From Vicugna vicugna (Eukaryota): 62,000 nucleotides of DNA. Each line of letters starts with the position of its first letter. Within the stretch, counting starts at the first letter, position 1. Below, piece by piece: positions 24,601 to 38,759 of this stretch. The DNA is taken from assembly GCA_013265495.1 (NCBI GenBank), contig MU058791.1:186001-248000 (forward strand). The letters run 5' to 3'. The translations under genes and the position numbers were made by a program. The notes under the pieces were generated by a model. The model saw nothing but the letters and a program-made list of their open reading frames with translations. It was not told where the DNA came from and did no database searches.

Positions 24601-27600
24601 AGATTGGCCTCATTTTCTTATTTTCCAAAATTTATGTTCCCACCACCTTGTTGGCATTGCCTTGTTACTGTAGCGGAGAAAGGAAGAATAAATTAAAACC
24701 ATAAACCAAAGTGTTCAGGACAGTTTTGTAGGAAAGTTAATCAAACATGTGTCTCACCTCCCCAGTATGCCACTTGGAGCCTCGAGCTGTTTTTCAAGGC
24801 CGCGCCATCATCCCTGGTTATTGAGGGCAGGCGTGGAACCCGAGATCAGCTCTTAGCTCACCCCTGCCCGGATGGGAGGGAGCCCGGCTTGCAGCTGGGT
24901 CTGGATGAATCCGAGGCTGGGTTCCTTTCATTGCTGAGATGAAAAGGAGATCATGTAGAGAAATGGGGGCCCAGGTGCTGAGTAGCGTGCGAGACCAATC
25001 CTCAGACACCCCCAAGGGGACCGGTTAATCACACGCCATCAAGAGGTGATAAATCGTCCCCACCTCCCCCAGGAATAATTTGTTTAAAAGATCCACTAAT
25101 ACGCAAGCAGAGCCAGTGTGACCCTTCAGAGCACCAGCCTGACTGGTGAGGAGGAACCAAGGGTCCCCAGGAGGGAGCACGTGTCTCTGTCCAGGAGCAG
25201 AGATGTGGAGACATGTCCCTGCTTCACGAGCCTCTTCTGTTGCCTGCGTGACCACGTGTGACTTTTCTCCTCATTCTCCGCTGCCCTGAAGAGATTGCCT
25301 AGGAAGGCTACAAGTGATGACTACTATCCACCTTTTCTGTGTTGCATTATAAGCTTTATAACCCCTTCGCTTCCACTGAGGGTTTGAAGACGTCCTCTGT
25401 GGCCTCTTGCAGCTCCTGACTATTTTCTCCTGACATTTTGTGCCCCTCAACTGTGACTCTCTTTCCAGCCATGAGTTGGGGTCTGGAGAGTCAGGTCACG
25501 CATGGGAAAAGACAGCCAGAATCAGACACACCTTGACTTGTGACTTCTGACACACTGCTCTGCCTTCCCGAATCTCATCTGCAAAATGAGAGAGTCCTTC
25601 AGGCTTTGAGGTTTTGTGGTCACATGGGCCTAGATGTGGTTATATTCTGGTTATATTTTAGTCCTTTTGGATATACATATAGTTTTTTGTTTGTTTGTTT
25701 TGTTTAATTTGATGTGACAAAAGGCGAACTCTTCTCCCCTCTTGTCTAAGCTTAATTTTTCTATATATATTCTACTCTGTTCTCAAAGATGGAAACTAAA
25801 ACCCTCAAATCACCCGAGAAGCACTTTATCACAAGTTCAGTAAAACCTCCAGAACAGAGAGGATTGGAAATTGTATAAATTGAATTTTCTTGCACTGAAA
25901 AAAGTGAAAAAATGGAAATTTGCAATTTGTTTTTAAAGTTGTGAAAGAGAGTCACTCTGGTGGCATAAAGATGCAGCAGTAATCATTTTTTGGGGGAGTC
26001 TTGGTAATAAGTCAGCATGGACTAAAAACTCAATAAAATGTAAGCCATATGCTTGAAGAGTTATTATAGTAGTCTTTACTGATAATTTGCTCTTCTTAAA
26101 ACTTTGATTTCTCTTAAACATTGTACGAAAGTGGAACTTCATTCTCTTAATGTTTTAATTCAGGAAGATTTGCAAAACCCTTCCTTTCATGGTCAGTGTT
26201 TCTAGCTGTCACCCCAAACCTTGAACATGCACCTGCGGTCAGAGTTTTCATGTCAAAAGCTTAATGTGGTGCTCTCCTTGGTTGTGAAAGATTGTGAAGT
26301 GTTTTTCTCTCCTTTCATTTTGCTTTCTTTCCTAAGAAGGAAAAAAGATCAAAAAGAAACTTTGAACCATTGTTGAGCATTTGGGGGACAAGGGAAACCT
26401 GCTTCCTCCGTTTCGTTTGTGAGAAGGGGCACATTAGGAGTGAGTACACTTGGGAGTGTCGACAGCTCCTCCTGGAGAGGAGGCGGGGATAATGGATTCC
26501 TGGCAAAAACAAAGAAGGCAAGTGTTTCTTTGCCTCCTTCCCAACCTTTTCTTCTCATTTCCTTCACTCTTTCCACTTCTCCTCCCTATTTCTTTTCTTT
26601 CTAATCTTTCCCTTCGGTTTGGAGCCATTTTCTTTTACTTCCTTTATGCATTAGTTCACAGCAGTTGAGAAAACAGTGACACCCTTCAGAGAGATCTATT
26701 TTGTTAAAGACTCCAGAAGATAGAGCCAAAGAAATGAATCTTTCATGGTGGAATTTTGCCTTGAGTAGGAAGGATATTTACCAGCAGAAAGTCTTCTCAG
26801 GGACTGTGTGTTTATAAGACATATTCAGTATTTATGGAATAGGGGTGAGGGGTGTCTGCTCAGTGCCAAGTGCCACTGTCATACATACAAATGGGTAAGT
26901 GATGTCACTCGTGATTTGAGGACCCTCTGATGGAGGCATGAACCATGGGTTGTGCTCACATAGTCGGGATTGAGGAGGACCACGGAAATCTCCATTTCCA
27001 TGGTTTCTGAGACTTTGAGGAAGAGGATACGTTAATTGAGTTAATGTGAGAGTTCTGAAGTGAAACCACCTTGGCACTGGTTTGAATACTGCATAGCTCA
27101 CGTGTAGCTAGAATTAGCTTTGGTGCTGCCATTTTTGTTTTGGCTTCTTTGATGTGAAGGATGGTCCTCCTGTCTTTTGTTGCTTGGCTGCCTTCCATCA
27201 TTGGCTTTGCTGTGACCTACTGTGAGGTGCCTAACACCAAAATGTGGGCAAGAAAGGGGAGGGCACTTTTGGACTGTGGAATAGACAGACTTGCCTTTGG
27301 ATTTTCCAAGTTTCATGGCTGAGGAACGTCAACACACATTTTTAAACAAGAGACTGTTCCCAGGTCCTTTCCTGACTTGCTTTTAGCTATTCGAACCATC
27401 GTGTTTACGCTGTCTGCAGTCATAAAAAGAAAAAAAAGTTCTCAGTCTTTTTAATGTAAAAGCCATAAAGCATGCCTTGACAACTGTAGAAAATTATATC
27501 ACCAATTTAGTTTTATGGTCAGTGTAACTTTGAATTTCCTTCCTTATCTTCATGCCTGACGGTTGTTTTCTGGGACCGAGTTAACAATGTTTTGAAAGTC

Positions 27601-28849
27601 AGTTCAGAGGTGAGCAAATGATGGAGTCATAATAGCAGATAGAGGCCTGCTGTTGGCATTTGGTGAATGTCAAATACTAATTTTAACAATAATAAATTTG
27701 GGGAAGGAACAAGAAGTTCCCAGCTAGTGAGAGGAGGCTGGTTCTGTGTGAGAGGTCCTTGTCGCTTGTAGATACCAGTGTTCGTTTCTATTGCAGATAG
27801 AAATATGGCCTCTTTGCCTCGGTTTTGCCCGTGCTCATTCAGTCTAAGATCGGAGGAAACTCAGGTTTTCAAATAGGGACAGTAGCCAAGACATGAATCC
27901 TTTTTCTTTTGGTGGCCAAGGCCCTTCGCAGAAACGTCCATGCCAGGAGTTACTGAACCCACTGGAGTTCGAACGCTCAGTTCTTGTTGATCCGCTTTTT
28001 GGTCAGCCTCTCCCTCTGTGCTTTCGGAGCCTACCTGTGCTGTGTCTCCATTTGACTTTGAAGTCCTTTGAGGATTCTGTGATGTCTAAGATTGCATGAG
28101 ACACCCTTAACTTACACTCCTGTTGGACTGGTGGAGGCAAAGGGCTCAGGAACGGGGCTAGGGACCATTCCAACAGGGAATCGTCCCCAATTTCATTATA
28201 AGACACCTCAGCTTTTCTTGGATTGGTTGTTTCAATCTGATTTTTTTTTTAAGTCTTGTCCTTTTAACTCTGAAGGCATAATGTTAACGTAGTAATTTAA
28301 TTATGGAGATTCATTCAAAGTCATTGTCAGTCCTGGAAGCCCTAGAGAAGGTATTGGAAGGTGCACTGCATCCTCCTTTTTTTCCTGTGTGAGTGTGAAG
28401 ACTTGTCTGCAGGAACGTGCCCAGAGCCCTTAAAGGAAATGCCTGGCGCCTTCCCATCCCGTCGGGACGAGGGTCTGAGCGGGCAGCCCGGGCCTCTGCT
28501 GCCTCCAGAGAGAGTTCTCTAAGGAGAAATTGCAGAGCTGCCTGGATGTCTAGCCCAGATTCGTTTGGAGAAGACAGTTAGGCAGCACTTGAATGGTTTG
28601 AATTTTTCATGAGAAAAACAAAGTGAAAGATTTTTCTGACGTCGAACATCTTGTTTTGGCCCGTGCGGTGAACTTTGTGTTTCTCGTTTACCTTTTGTTT
28701 GCATTCTTTTGTGCTGTTTTTAAGGACAATGAGACGTGTCCCTGGACCATTTCTCCCAGGGAGAAACTTGGGGCACGACTGTGTGGAAACGGAGTGCGGC
28801 CAGGAGGCCGTGTGGCACAGTCATCCCAGTGGTGGCGCTGGCCCTGCGG

Positions 28850-29010
28850 GCTCTGTGGCCTTGGCAAGTTTCTTAAACTCTGTGCTCCGGTCACTTCATG
28901 CATGACGGAGACAGTAATCTCTTTGAATGTTGCAGTGATTAGCTGAGATCATTCTTGTGAACCACTTAGAACAGCCCTTGGTACGTGGGAAGCAGCTCCT
29001 GGTTATTATG
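28850..29010 (+). mobile_element. MIR SINE remnant
   Basis: CTGTGGCCTTGGCAAGTTTCTTAAACTCTGTGCTC...CACTTAGAACAG. Confidence 0.65.
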
Positions 29011-29511
29011 TATGATTTTACACTAATTCTGTTAGGTTTTGTTCTTATGGCACAAGAGAGTCTAGTCTCTTGGTCCACTGATAGGGTCTTGGAAACTCGG
29101 GACAAATTTCCACCCAGACCAGTGTTCGTGACTATTTGGCCATCACTCGGTCATCTGGATCTGAGAAGAAGGCCGCTCTGGTAACTTTCTCAGCTCATCC
29201 AAGCCCAGTTTGCCACACTAATTTGAAGCATGCAGAGTCCCTCCAAAGCTGAGTGGGCAGAACCTGAATGACCTTCTGACAGACTGCAGTCACCTTGGGT
29301 AGCTGCTCAGGTGTTGAGGGTATAAAACACAGTAAAGGGTCCCTTGTGAATCATTAGAGGAAGGATGCTTGGCGGGTAGCCAGCTCCTGCCCCGTTAACC
29401 AGCTGTGCGTACCCTGGGTCAGGGCAGCTATTCATTCATTCATTTACTTACTTAACTATCTCCATTTGTGAAAAAAAATGCTAAGGTATTTTAAAGTATA
29501 TTTAAGATATC

Positions 29512-30080
29512 TTATTGCAGCATTATTCAGATTAACTAAGACATGGAAACAAGCTAAGTGTTCATCAACGTATAAAATGGAATATTATCCAGCCAAGAGA
29601 AGAAAGGAAATCCTGCCATTTGCAAGAACATGGGTAGACCTTGAGCTCATTATACTAAGTGAGATAATTCAGACAGAGGAAGACAAATACTGTGTGATAT
29701 CACTTACTTGTGAAATCTAAAAAAGCTGAACTTGTAGAAGCAGAGAGTAGACTTGTGGTTACCAGGGGCTGAGGGGTGGGGAAACTGGGGAGATGTTGAT
29801 TAAAGAATACAGACTTGAAGTTAGAAGAAGAATAAGTTCTGGGGATCTAACGCACAGCAGGGTGACAGTAGTTAACATACATATTAGATGCTTGAAAGCT
29901 GCTAAGATACTAGATCATAAATGTTCTCGCCACAAGAAAGAAATGGTAATTACGTGATGTCATGGAGGTTTGGTTAAGCCTGCAGTGTAATCATACTGCA
30001 GTATGTAAGTGTGTCAAATCAGCATATGGTCCACCGTAAACTTACACAGTTTTATGTGTCTATTATATCTCAATAAAAAA
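29512..30080 (+). mobile_element. LINE-1 3' end, L1MA9-like
   Basis: ORF 29478-29720 contains IAALF..TKTWKQ.KC...MEYY.A...EILPFA.TW.DLE.IILSEI.Q...DKY (ORF2 C-terminus). The 3' UTR ends TTATATCTCAATAAAAAA. Confidence 0.9.
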
Positions 30081-30690
30081 GGTATCTTGACATTCCACCC
30101 TTTACAATACTTAGTATGGATATCCACCCTCCAGTTCCCCCAAGAAAGAAAGGAAAGAAGGAAAAATGTTTTCCCATATAATCAAAATAGCATGATCACC
30201 ACTAACACAATAATTTTTCAGGATCCTCTAATATCCAGTTCATATTCGATTTCCCCAGGTATGGTCAGGCCATATACTGAATTTACTTTATGTTACTACA
30301 GTTGCTTCGTATGAGGAACAAGGACGTAGGACTAACTAAATGATCTCGAAGGCTCATGGTTTTAGGTTTAATACCTTTAGGGAGTGCTGCTCTGATTTTG
30401 TTCTTTCATCTCTTGTTCCTGGAGTAGGAGTCACAGTTTACAGACACAAACTATGCCTCTATAGCAAGATGAGGTGGAAATTTGCAAATGATTTGGTTCA
30501 TGGGATCGGTTGAGGCAGGTTGGGTTGACTTGTGGGTCAACCTGTAGGTTTGGCAGACTGAGCGTTAAAACTGTTTAGGTAAATTGTACCGCTGCCAATT
30601 TAGGGAAAGAGGCAGTAACTTGCTTTCCACCCAGCAGGTTTCTCACTTGTACTTTATATGCTCCATAATTGTTCAAGGACTTTGACCGTC

Positions 30691-30934
30691 TTTTTGATTT
30701 TTTTTTAATTGAAGTATAGTTGATTTACAGTGTTGTGTTAGTTTCAGGTGTACAGCAAAGTGATTCAGTTTTTATATATAACATATATATTCTTTTTCAG
30801 ATTATTTTCCATTATAGATTATTATGAGCTATTGAACATAATTCCCTGTGCTATACAGTGGGTCCTTGTTGTTTATCTGTTTTATATGCAACAGTGTGTA
30901 TCTGTTAATCCCAGACTCAATTTATCCCTCCCCC
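30691..30934 (-). mobile_element. Short LINE-1 3' end
   Basis: T-tract + AATTGAAGTATAGTTGATTTACAGTGTTGTGTTAGTTTCAGG...TTTATCCCTCCCCC. Confidence 0.9.
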
Positions 30935-31827
30935 GACTTCATTTTGTTTTGTTACTTGAGACTGTGGTGTTTTATTCAAGGAGACTAAATGTTGGGTCTC
31001 TCAGGTTACCTGTCTAGGAAATGCTCATTGTTCCAGAACAAAAGAATGAAAAAGTCACACACTGTCTGCCTAGCAGATATCAGTGCTCCAGCCCCAGAGG
31101 TCCTGCTGATGGGCACGCTCTCTGCATTGTTCAGGGGCCCCTGCAAAGCCTCTTCCCAGCTCCTTCATCTTCCTACCAAACCTGCCACCTGTGACGTGTG
31201 TGGGCCCAGGAACACAACCTTTCCCACCTGAGCTCTGGACCAGCTGTGAAGAAGGGCTGAGGACTCAGCCAGATGGAGACCCGAATATTAACTTTATTGC
31301 CAAGAAAAGCTAAATCGGAGGGCCGCAGACTGTGGCAGTAAAGGGCGTCCTCATTCTGAACCTCTGGATCGGGCCACACTAGCTTAGGGGAGAAAAGCAG
31401 TAGGCGGGCTTCCAGCAGGTTCCCAGGAGTACGAGGGGGAAGGGGCTGAGTGTCCACCCTCTGTCCCTCCCAGCCAGCCCTCCTCCTTCTCCAGGAGGGG
31501 CAGCCACAGAGAAAGGGCCAGCAGGACTTCCCTCTCACAGTTACCTTGCCCTGGGGACCGGTCCCCAGCATCATGGGTGCCTTCTGGATTCTTCCCTGTA
31601 TCTCAGCGTCGGTGATGAATTGACTGAGGTGAGCGAGAGACGTTCTGATGAGAGTGTGTTTCAGTAAATACTGTCATTCATACAATAGGCACTCTTGAAA
31701 TAGACAAATCTTTAAAAGATGCTCATCTTTCAGATTTTGCCCAAACTCTGAATATCTGTTGAATGAATGACTATACCAATCACATGTTTGCATTTGGGGG
31801 TGGGGTGGGGAGAGACTTGAGGATGGT

Positions 31828-31848
31828 TGTGTGTGTGTGTGTGTGTGT
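31828..31848. repeat. (TG)n microsatellite, about 10 units
   Basis: Direct reading. Confidence 0.9.
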
Positions 31849-32454
31849 TTGGTGGGCAGGGCCAAGAGGAAGAAGAATGGAGAGCTAAGGCTTTCTGCAC
31901 GTTTCAGCACCTGGAGGAGAGGTGCCCATGCCTGAGTGTCCTGGTAGTCAGTGTCACTGGCTGATGGACCTTCTGTCCCTGGGGCCCAGGAACCAGGCAA
32001 AGACGTGGGGGCTTGAGGCAGCCCTTGCTTTGGGAGGCTTCTCCTTTCCCAACGTGTCCATTGTCCCTTCATCAAAGGAGAGGTTTGAGATGCGCCATCC
32101 AGGTGCTGTGAAAAGTTGGTGCCATCGACTGGGGAGGAGGAGCAGGGGGGTGGGGCTGGCAGTGTTTGCTGCTGATCCTTCACAAAGCAGAGGAAACCAT
32201 CCTTTGTTTCCAGGCATATTCTGAAATCAGAGTATGGACCAGGACAGGGAGGACCTAAAAATTTTTTTTACCCCATTCTTAACACTTATCATGCTAATTA
32301 ACAAACTACCAATTTCATCAAGGAAAAAAAAAATCATTTCTGAGGATCTGGTTGGTAGAGGCTCTAGCATTACTCGAATGTAATAGCCCAGGTGTTTCTA
32401 GTTGCCACTCCCAGAGTAAGGACTGCTTGGTTAGGATGCTAGCTGACCAGCTCC

Positions 32455-32855
32455 GATAGAATTTGCATACCGTAAAGTTCACAAATCTCAAAAATTTTTA
32501 ACCCTTGTACTGACCCCCTAGATCAAGACGTAGAACATTACAAGCACCCTAGAAGGCTCCCTGGTCCCCTTTTCCCAGTTGAAACAACACCTCCCTGCCC
32601 AAAGGTAATCACCGTTCTGACCTCTGTCACCATAAGTTAGTTTTGCCTGATTTGAATTCCAGAAAGCTGGCATCCTGCTTACACTTTGTGGGATTTATTC
32701 ATGTTGTTGCTTATATACATTGTTCATTTTCCTCCACTGCCATGTGGTGGTCCACTGTGTGAAATTTGGATGCCATTCTATCCTCGGTGGACACTTGTTT
32801 ATTTCCAGGTTGGAACTGGTGTGAATAAACCAGCTAAGACGGTCCTTGTGCCTGT
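32455..32855 (-). mobile_element. Ancient LINE-1 (L1ME-like) 3' fragment
   Basis: TAGATCAAGACGTAGAACATTACAAGCACCCTAGAAGGCTCCC...TTCTGACCTCTGTCACCATAAGTTAGTTTTGCCTG...TTTCCAGGTTGG. Confidence 0.7.
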
Positions 32856-32978
32856 TATGGTGGGTGGAGTGTGAGCTACTGATGCAGGTTGACTAGCTGT
32901 CTCTGGAATCGAAGCTTAAATTAGCATTTAATTTAATATCATCCTGTCCATGCCAAGTGAAGGCATCGTACGAAAGTC

Positions 32979-33223
32979 CAGCTGACCCTTGAGCAGCATG
33001 GAGTTATGTACTGGGTGGGTCCACTTACATGCAGGTTTTTTTCAGCTTAAGGACGACGGCATTGCACCGTCTGCGGTTGGTTGATCTGTGGATCTTTTAG
33101 GTTGCAGAACTGTGGATATGGAGGAACCAAAAGGTATGGAGGGCCCACTGCAAATTATACTCGGATTTTCGGCTTCCAGGAGGGCTGGCGCCCCTAACCG
33201 CCGTGTTGTTCAAGGGTCAACTG
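32979..33223. mobile_element. Tigger2/MER8-like MITE (TcMar-Tigger), 245 bp
   Basis: Imperfect 23-bp terminal inverted repeats CAGCTGACCCTTGAGCAGCATGG ... CCGTGTTGTTCAAGGGTCAACTG. The flanking TA duplications are decayed (TC / TG). Confidence 0.85.
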
Positions 33224-33979
33224 TGTATCACACAAAGGAATGAATTTGGACAAGTATGTGTATGTTTAGCAAACGATGCTGGTGCAAAAGCAGATCATTG
33301 CTTTTGTGCTCCTTGGCTATAATAAATGTCCTAAACCAGAGGGTCAGTTTCCTGAACGCCGAGATTCTCACGTGAAAGTGTGTTGTTCCCTCATGGCTTC
33401 TGTAGAAGGGGTGGGAAAAGGACCTTTTCATTAATTCTGCAAATAGGCATCATTTTCTAATTTGAGATTCTTGCTGTGAAAAAAAAATCATGAATTACTA
33501 AAACCTCTGAGAATATAAACTTGTTTGAGGGGAGAGTCCCCTCTGAATTGGAATGAATAAGGTTTTTAAATATTCACTTGTGTTTTTCTTTCCATGTCAT
33601 TTTGGGTGTTGTGATGAAAAAAATATTTGCTGCTGATTTAGAATCCCTGAATACTCTTATAAAAATTTCATTTCCCCCGTATTAACTAGGCTTTCAGGGC
33701 TGTTTTAGAGGGCCTGTTTTCCTCTAATAGGTTGCTAGAGGGAAATTCTGTTCTCCTAGAGAAATGATGGATGGATGTAGAAGAGGAATACTGATCTCTG
33801 ACCACCAGCAGGGGAGGCTGCGTTGACTTAAATTTTAAAATAGTCTAGGTTTAATGAAAGTGAAGAATGTGGTTAGCACTCCCCTTGAGAAGAGTGGGAA
33901 AAATTTTAGGGACCAACACCACACACATACATTTAAGATGTCATCATGTCTTTACAGTCACCTACCAGTGTTTTTTAAC

Positions 33980-34505
33980 AACCCTCCAGGAGGGGAATCT
34001 GACAGTATGAACCTCCGTTACTGATGTGCAGTCCTGTCCTGGAATCTTTCCCATGCCCACACCTGCACGTGTAACGAAATGACATTTGTACCTGATTATC
34101 ACCAAAGCTTTGTATATCACACCAGAACATCAAAGCCACCAGGTATCCATCAGTCAATAAGGGAGTGGTTAAAGGACAGTGTACGTGTACAGTGGAATGT
34201 CGGGCAGTTGTTAAAAGAGAGTGAGGGAGAGCTATGTACTGATGTAGGGTGATGTTCAGGTACATTGCCAAGTGCAAGAAGCAAGGTGGAGAGCAGTGTA
34301 TGGAGTACACTACCTTTATGTAAGAAAGAGTGGGATATGAAAATTTATAGGTGCGTTTGCTTCTTTTTGCATAAAGAAATGCTATGTGGGCAAACAGGGA
34401 ACTGACACAGTTGTGCATCTGGAGCAGGCAGAGGGGAAGAGAGCGATTGAGAATAGAGGAATGACTCCTGTGTGTGTCTTTTTCTAATGTGTTGACTTTT
34501 TGAAT
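33980..34505 (+). mobile_element. Ancient LINE-1 (L1ME/L1MC-like) 3' fragment
   Basis: Decayed ORF2-end/3' UTR motifs (TATCCATCAGTCAATAAGGGAGTGGTTAAA, ACAGTGGAATGT..GCAGTTGTTAAAAG, CTATGTACTGATGTAG). Confidence 0.65.
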
Positions 34506-37500
34506 GACGCACAAAACCACCAGCCAGCGAAAGTGAACCTGTCTGGGCATGCCCTGTGGCGCTGAACTGGAACAAAGGTAGGTGGCAGGAGGTGAAGCCG
34601 GTTGAGTGCATCGTAAAGGGCTGAGGCCATCCACTCCGTTTCCTTTCTCAGAAGCTAAGTCAGTACATTCAGTCATTCCATCCACACATGCTCCCTGAGT
34701 CAGTCTGCCAATCCGACGTGCCAGGCGCTATTTTAGATGCTGTCAGTGGTGCCTTAAGGTCCAAGCTTTCAGAAGGGCATTCTTGAAGGAGCAAACAGAC
34801 AACAAGCAGGTGAGGATGGAGGGAGAGAAGGTTCCTGTTGCAGGGGTCCAGGGAAGTGGGTGAAAGAAGCCCATGCTGACATCAGAAGGTGGGGGTCACT
34901 GCTGATCTGTATTCCTGTGTCTCCGTGAACAATATTCTTGCACACAGGATAAAAAAGTGGGGGTAAACTCCCACTCTTAATCTTTTGCCGTAGCAGTCAG
35001 GATTTCATTTTACCATAAGATCAATATCACTTAAGTTTCAAATAAGAAGTAAACACATTCCAGCAGTCGCTGTCACCCAGCCTACTGCTGTGTTGGCAGC
35101 AGACCTGAATTTAGATGAATAAATAAAAAGTTGATTTGACCGTCGTGGTTTGTTTTCACAACAGGAGGGCTGTAGTGGGGATACTGTGATCTATATGATT
35201 TGTGACACTAACCCAGTTTATCAAACAGATAAGATATTACTATGACAAGTCTATCATTTGCTTTTCCATTCAAAAAGAGGTTAAATGTAATTCACCCCTG
35301 TACTGTGACGCGTTAACTATAGAGAGTTGAAACACACACGTACCACATAGCTCACATTCTGTTTATCTTCATGACAATCATTGTCTGAAACTACCGTGGA
35401 GATATTTCCACAGTAGATAATACAGACATTTGAAACATATATTTTCTGTGTTCTTTTTTTTTTTTTACCTTATTTTCTTTTACTGGCAGATTTCCCTTTC
35501 ATAGTTTCTGAATCAGATGAAAGGTTAATATATATATTTTGCAGTTTCTGTGATAAAATTACTTTTTCAAAGAGAAATTTTTCTCTGGGTTCTTTGGGTT
35601 TCTTTGGGTTCAGTTCAATTTTGGTGAAACTTGACGAGCAGAGATCAAAGGCACAAGAAAGTCTGATGGTCAGAGTGTTTCTTGCATCTCCAGTGCTACA
35701 ACAACTTGAGTCTTGCTCAGATAAGAAGGAATAACCAAAGACTGACAGCCAGTCTTGGGAGTCTGAAATTTTCCTGGCAACCAAAGTCCAAAATATACAT
35801 CTATCTGGAGCCAGCATATTCACAAACAATCTTAGGTTGGGTGAGTTAGTTACAAAAGCACCAGAAATCAGACTCAGGGTTCAAAAATGTGCCGAGTAAT
35901 ACAGAACCTTATGTCATAATCATGATAAACTCCGTTCTGAAGAGTAGTGTTGAAATGTCCAGGGGCCCCAGAATCCACCATCATCCTCGGAAATGCACAA
36001 AGAAGTGATGATGGAAGCTTGCTGTTTTATCTCCCTGTTATTTATTGCTGAGCAGACTTGGGCTGTCTTTGAGGACTGGCTGTTTCAGAGCTTTGTCAGG
36101 TCTGTTCTCTCGGAATCTCAGGGTGACCTCAGAGAACGTGGTCTTTGCTTCCTGGGAGATAAAGGAAAGGAGAGGCTGTGAGTGCATGAGCCCTTACGCT
36201 CTGCCACGTGTTCTGGCCTTACCGGAACGTGCGGGAGCATCACCGGGCTTGGCTGGGGGAGTCGCTAGAGCTCATGCACGATGGAGGGACTGCTCACATT
36301 CTCCATCACTAGCAGTGAGGCACCGTGCTCTAGTGGCTGTGCTCAGGGATAACGCGAGGAGTCTGGGAACTACGAGGATACGCATCCGGTGCTTGCTAAG
36401 TTGTGTTTTCTTTGTGAATTTTATTTTCGATGAGGCGATAAGAATGACAAGGATGCAAAGGTGAGATAGGGCGATGGAGAAATTCAACGGAAGTGGGCTG
36501 ATTCTCTAATGCCTTTTGCTCTTTGGGGCAGCAGTTTAACGAGAGATGTTCTTAAAGTAAGCGTACCCCAGAGCAGTGCACCAGCCTGTGAAATCTGCCA
36601 CGATTATTTTAGGCATTCTTTCTCTTCGATGGTAGTTGATACACGCTCCTAATAGAAGGCTAGCGGCACCGAGTGGAGACCGAATTGCTGTGCCACTGCA
36701 TCTTTGGAGGAAGAGGTTTGTTGCTTGTCACAGAAACCAAAGACTGCTTCTCCTGAGAGCATCTCCGTTTCCTGAGTAGTATACACTTTTGGTAGCTACT
36801 TCCTCCGAATACTCCCATCCAACACGTCTTACATCTTCTGCACACAGCAAGCTCCTTAGCTCCTTTGTGAGTCAGTGAAAGAAGATGAGTGTGTGTTCAC
36901 AGTGGTTTTAGTGTTTTGCCCAATTCTGGTTATGTCATAAAAAGTAAATGATCATGAAAAGTAAATGATTCTTTTATGGGCATGTTTTACTGAATGGACA
37001 GTTTGTATTTCTGGCCTGTTAAGAGTTTTTTAAACTGCTGATAAACACTTGACCATACTTGTGAGAGTCTCAAGGCAGCCCAGCAGGATGGGTGTAAAAT
37101 ATGATAGTTAAGGCCAATAAAAATAGAGTTGACGCTTGTATGTTTCATGGGCACTCACTACCTAAGATACCTGTCATATGTGTTCGTAGAAAGGAGAGGG
37201 GTCAAAGGACGGACAAAACAGACCCAAGGGGCTGATTTGATTCAGGGAGCTTTTGTTTCTAACCAGCTAAGGTAGTGGGGTCCTCTCGTGTTGGTGAGAG
37301 TAACTCAGAGGGCAGCACTGAACAGCAGCATAGACAAGGAACATTCTGGCTGGACTGGGGAGAAGAAGTGAGCATTACGTTAAAGAAGGTGCATCCCTTG
37401 GCCAAATTCTGCCGCACAAACTGGCTGGAGTTCGTGTCGGGAGCAAACTTATTTCCTGATTAATTGGGTTAGGGAATGAAAATAAACTCTAAGAATTAAA

Positions 37501-38759
37501 TAGATATAGATTTGATATAATATTATAATTTTATATATACATATATATAAATGTATCATGTGTTGGTGCTTATTAGAGCTGATTAGTAAATTTGATCATT
37601 TGTTTATATTCAAAAGTAGACCTTTTAAGGTAAACCACAAGAATTCATACCTCGCCAGCACATCTGTATCTACATCTACCAGTTTTCTCACGTCTGAGCT
37701 TGCCACTGGTGTGTTTTCACTGCCAAGTTCCTGGTGCTTTTTTCTCACCTCGAGCCCGAGACTCAAAGGATGTGATATAGATGCTGAGCTGGGTTCTGAA
37801 AACCTAGTTAAAATGTATGTGAAAACAATCATTAAAGTCCCTGGCTGTTCCCTCCTCATCTTCCCAGGATCATTGAATGACTAAGTAAGAAATGAACTGA
37901 GATCAGTGTGCAGACACCGAGCGCAGATCTTGGCAGGTGGGTGTTCAGTACATTGGTGTTTTCCCCTCACCCTCCGTAGTGCTTCCCAACCTTTCCCCCA
38001 CCCCGAGTGCTCTCTGGTGCAGGGAGTCGTAAACACACGAGTGCAGCCATCTCTGCACGATCCACAGACTCTCCCCGAGGACACTGATGCTGCAGGAAAG
38101 TGCACCTTTGTAATCTTGTGGCTTTACCTACGCCCTGGCACTCATACTATAATTTGAGAAGTTTCATGTTAATGGCTAATGGCAGACAAATCAGAAAGGA
38201 TAGGTCAGTATCTTTCCTCCAAATCTGCTTTGTCATATTTCAGATTCTTTGAACTCTGGCCTCTTATATATGGTTCTAAGGAAGGTCTCTTCAGCAGAAG
38301 GTTGAACAGCACACTGTTTCCCAGTCATCATGGACGTCAGGCAGGGGATAGAAATCAGCCCTCAACTCTGCATTTGCGTGTGCAGCCGTGATGCGGAAAT
38401 TCAATGACGGCACACCCAGAAAGTACGTATCCTTCTGTGGGTTAGTTACATGCTGAGCTCTAGTGGGGGATTTCTAATCGAAGGATAAGACACCAGCGCG
38501 GCATTTCTTTACCAACCCAGATACATAAAAATAAAAAAGAAATCCTCCTGCTCACCTGGGCATTTCTGAGGCAGCTGCTCACCATGGACAGTGCTCTGTC
38601 AGCCGTGCGTCCAGGGATTCATTAACATTCTCTGATAATCCTAAAATGTCACGTTGGCTGTTAGTTTCTGGTTTTTGTTGATCGGATCCTATTTTCAAAA
38701 CTACTTTTGACAAAAGGGATAACATTTGGAGCAACACCCCATATTCTCTTCAGGTGGTT

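Noticed and set aside
33975..34685. Longest ORF (236 aa, minus strand)
   Set aside because: It runs antisense over a decayed L1 fragment and has no recognisable protein features.
35470..35829. 119-aa minus-strand ORF
   Set aside because: Non-ATG start, no recognisable homology, and on the strand opposite the inferred host gene.
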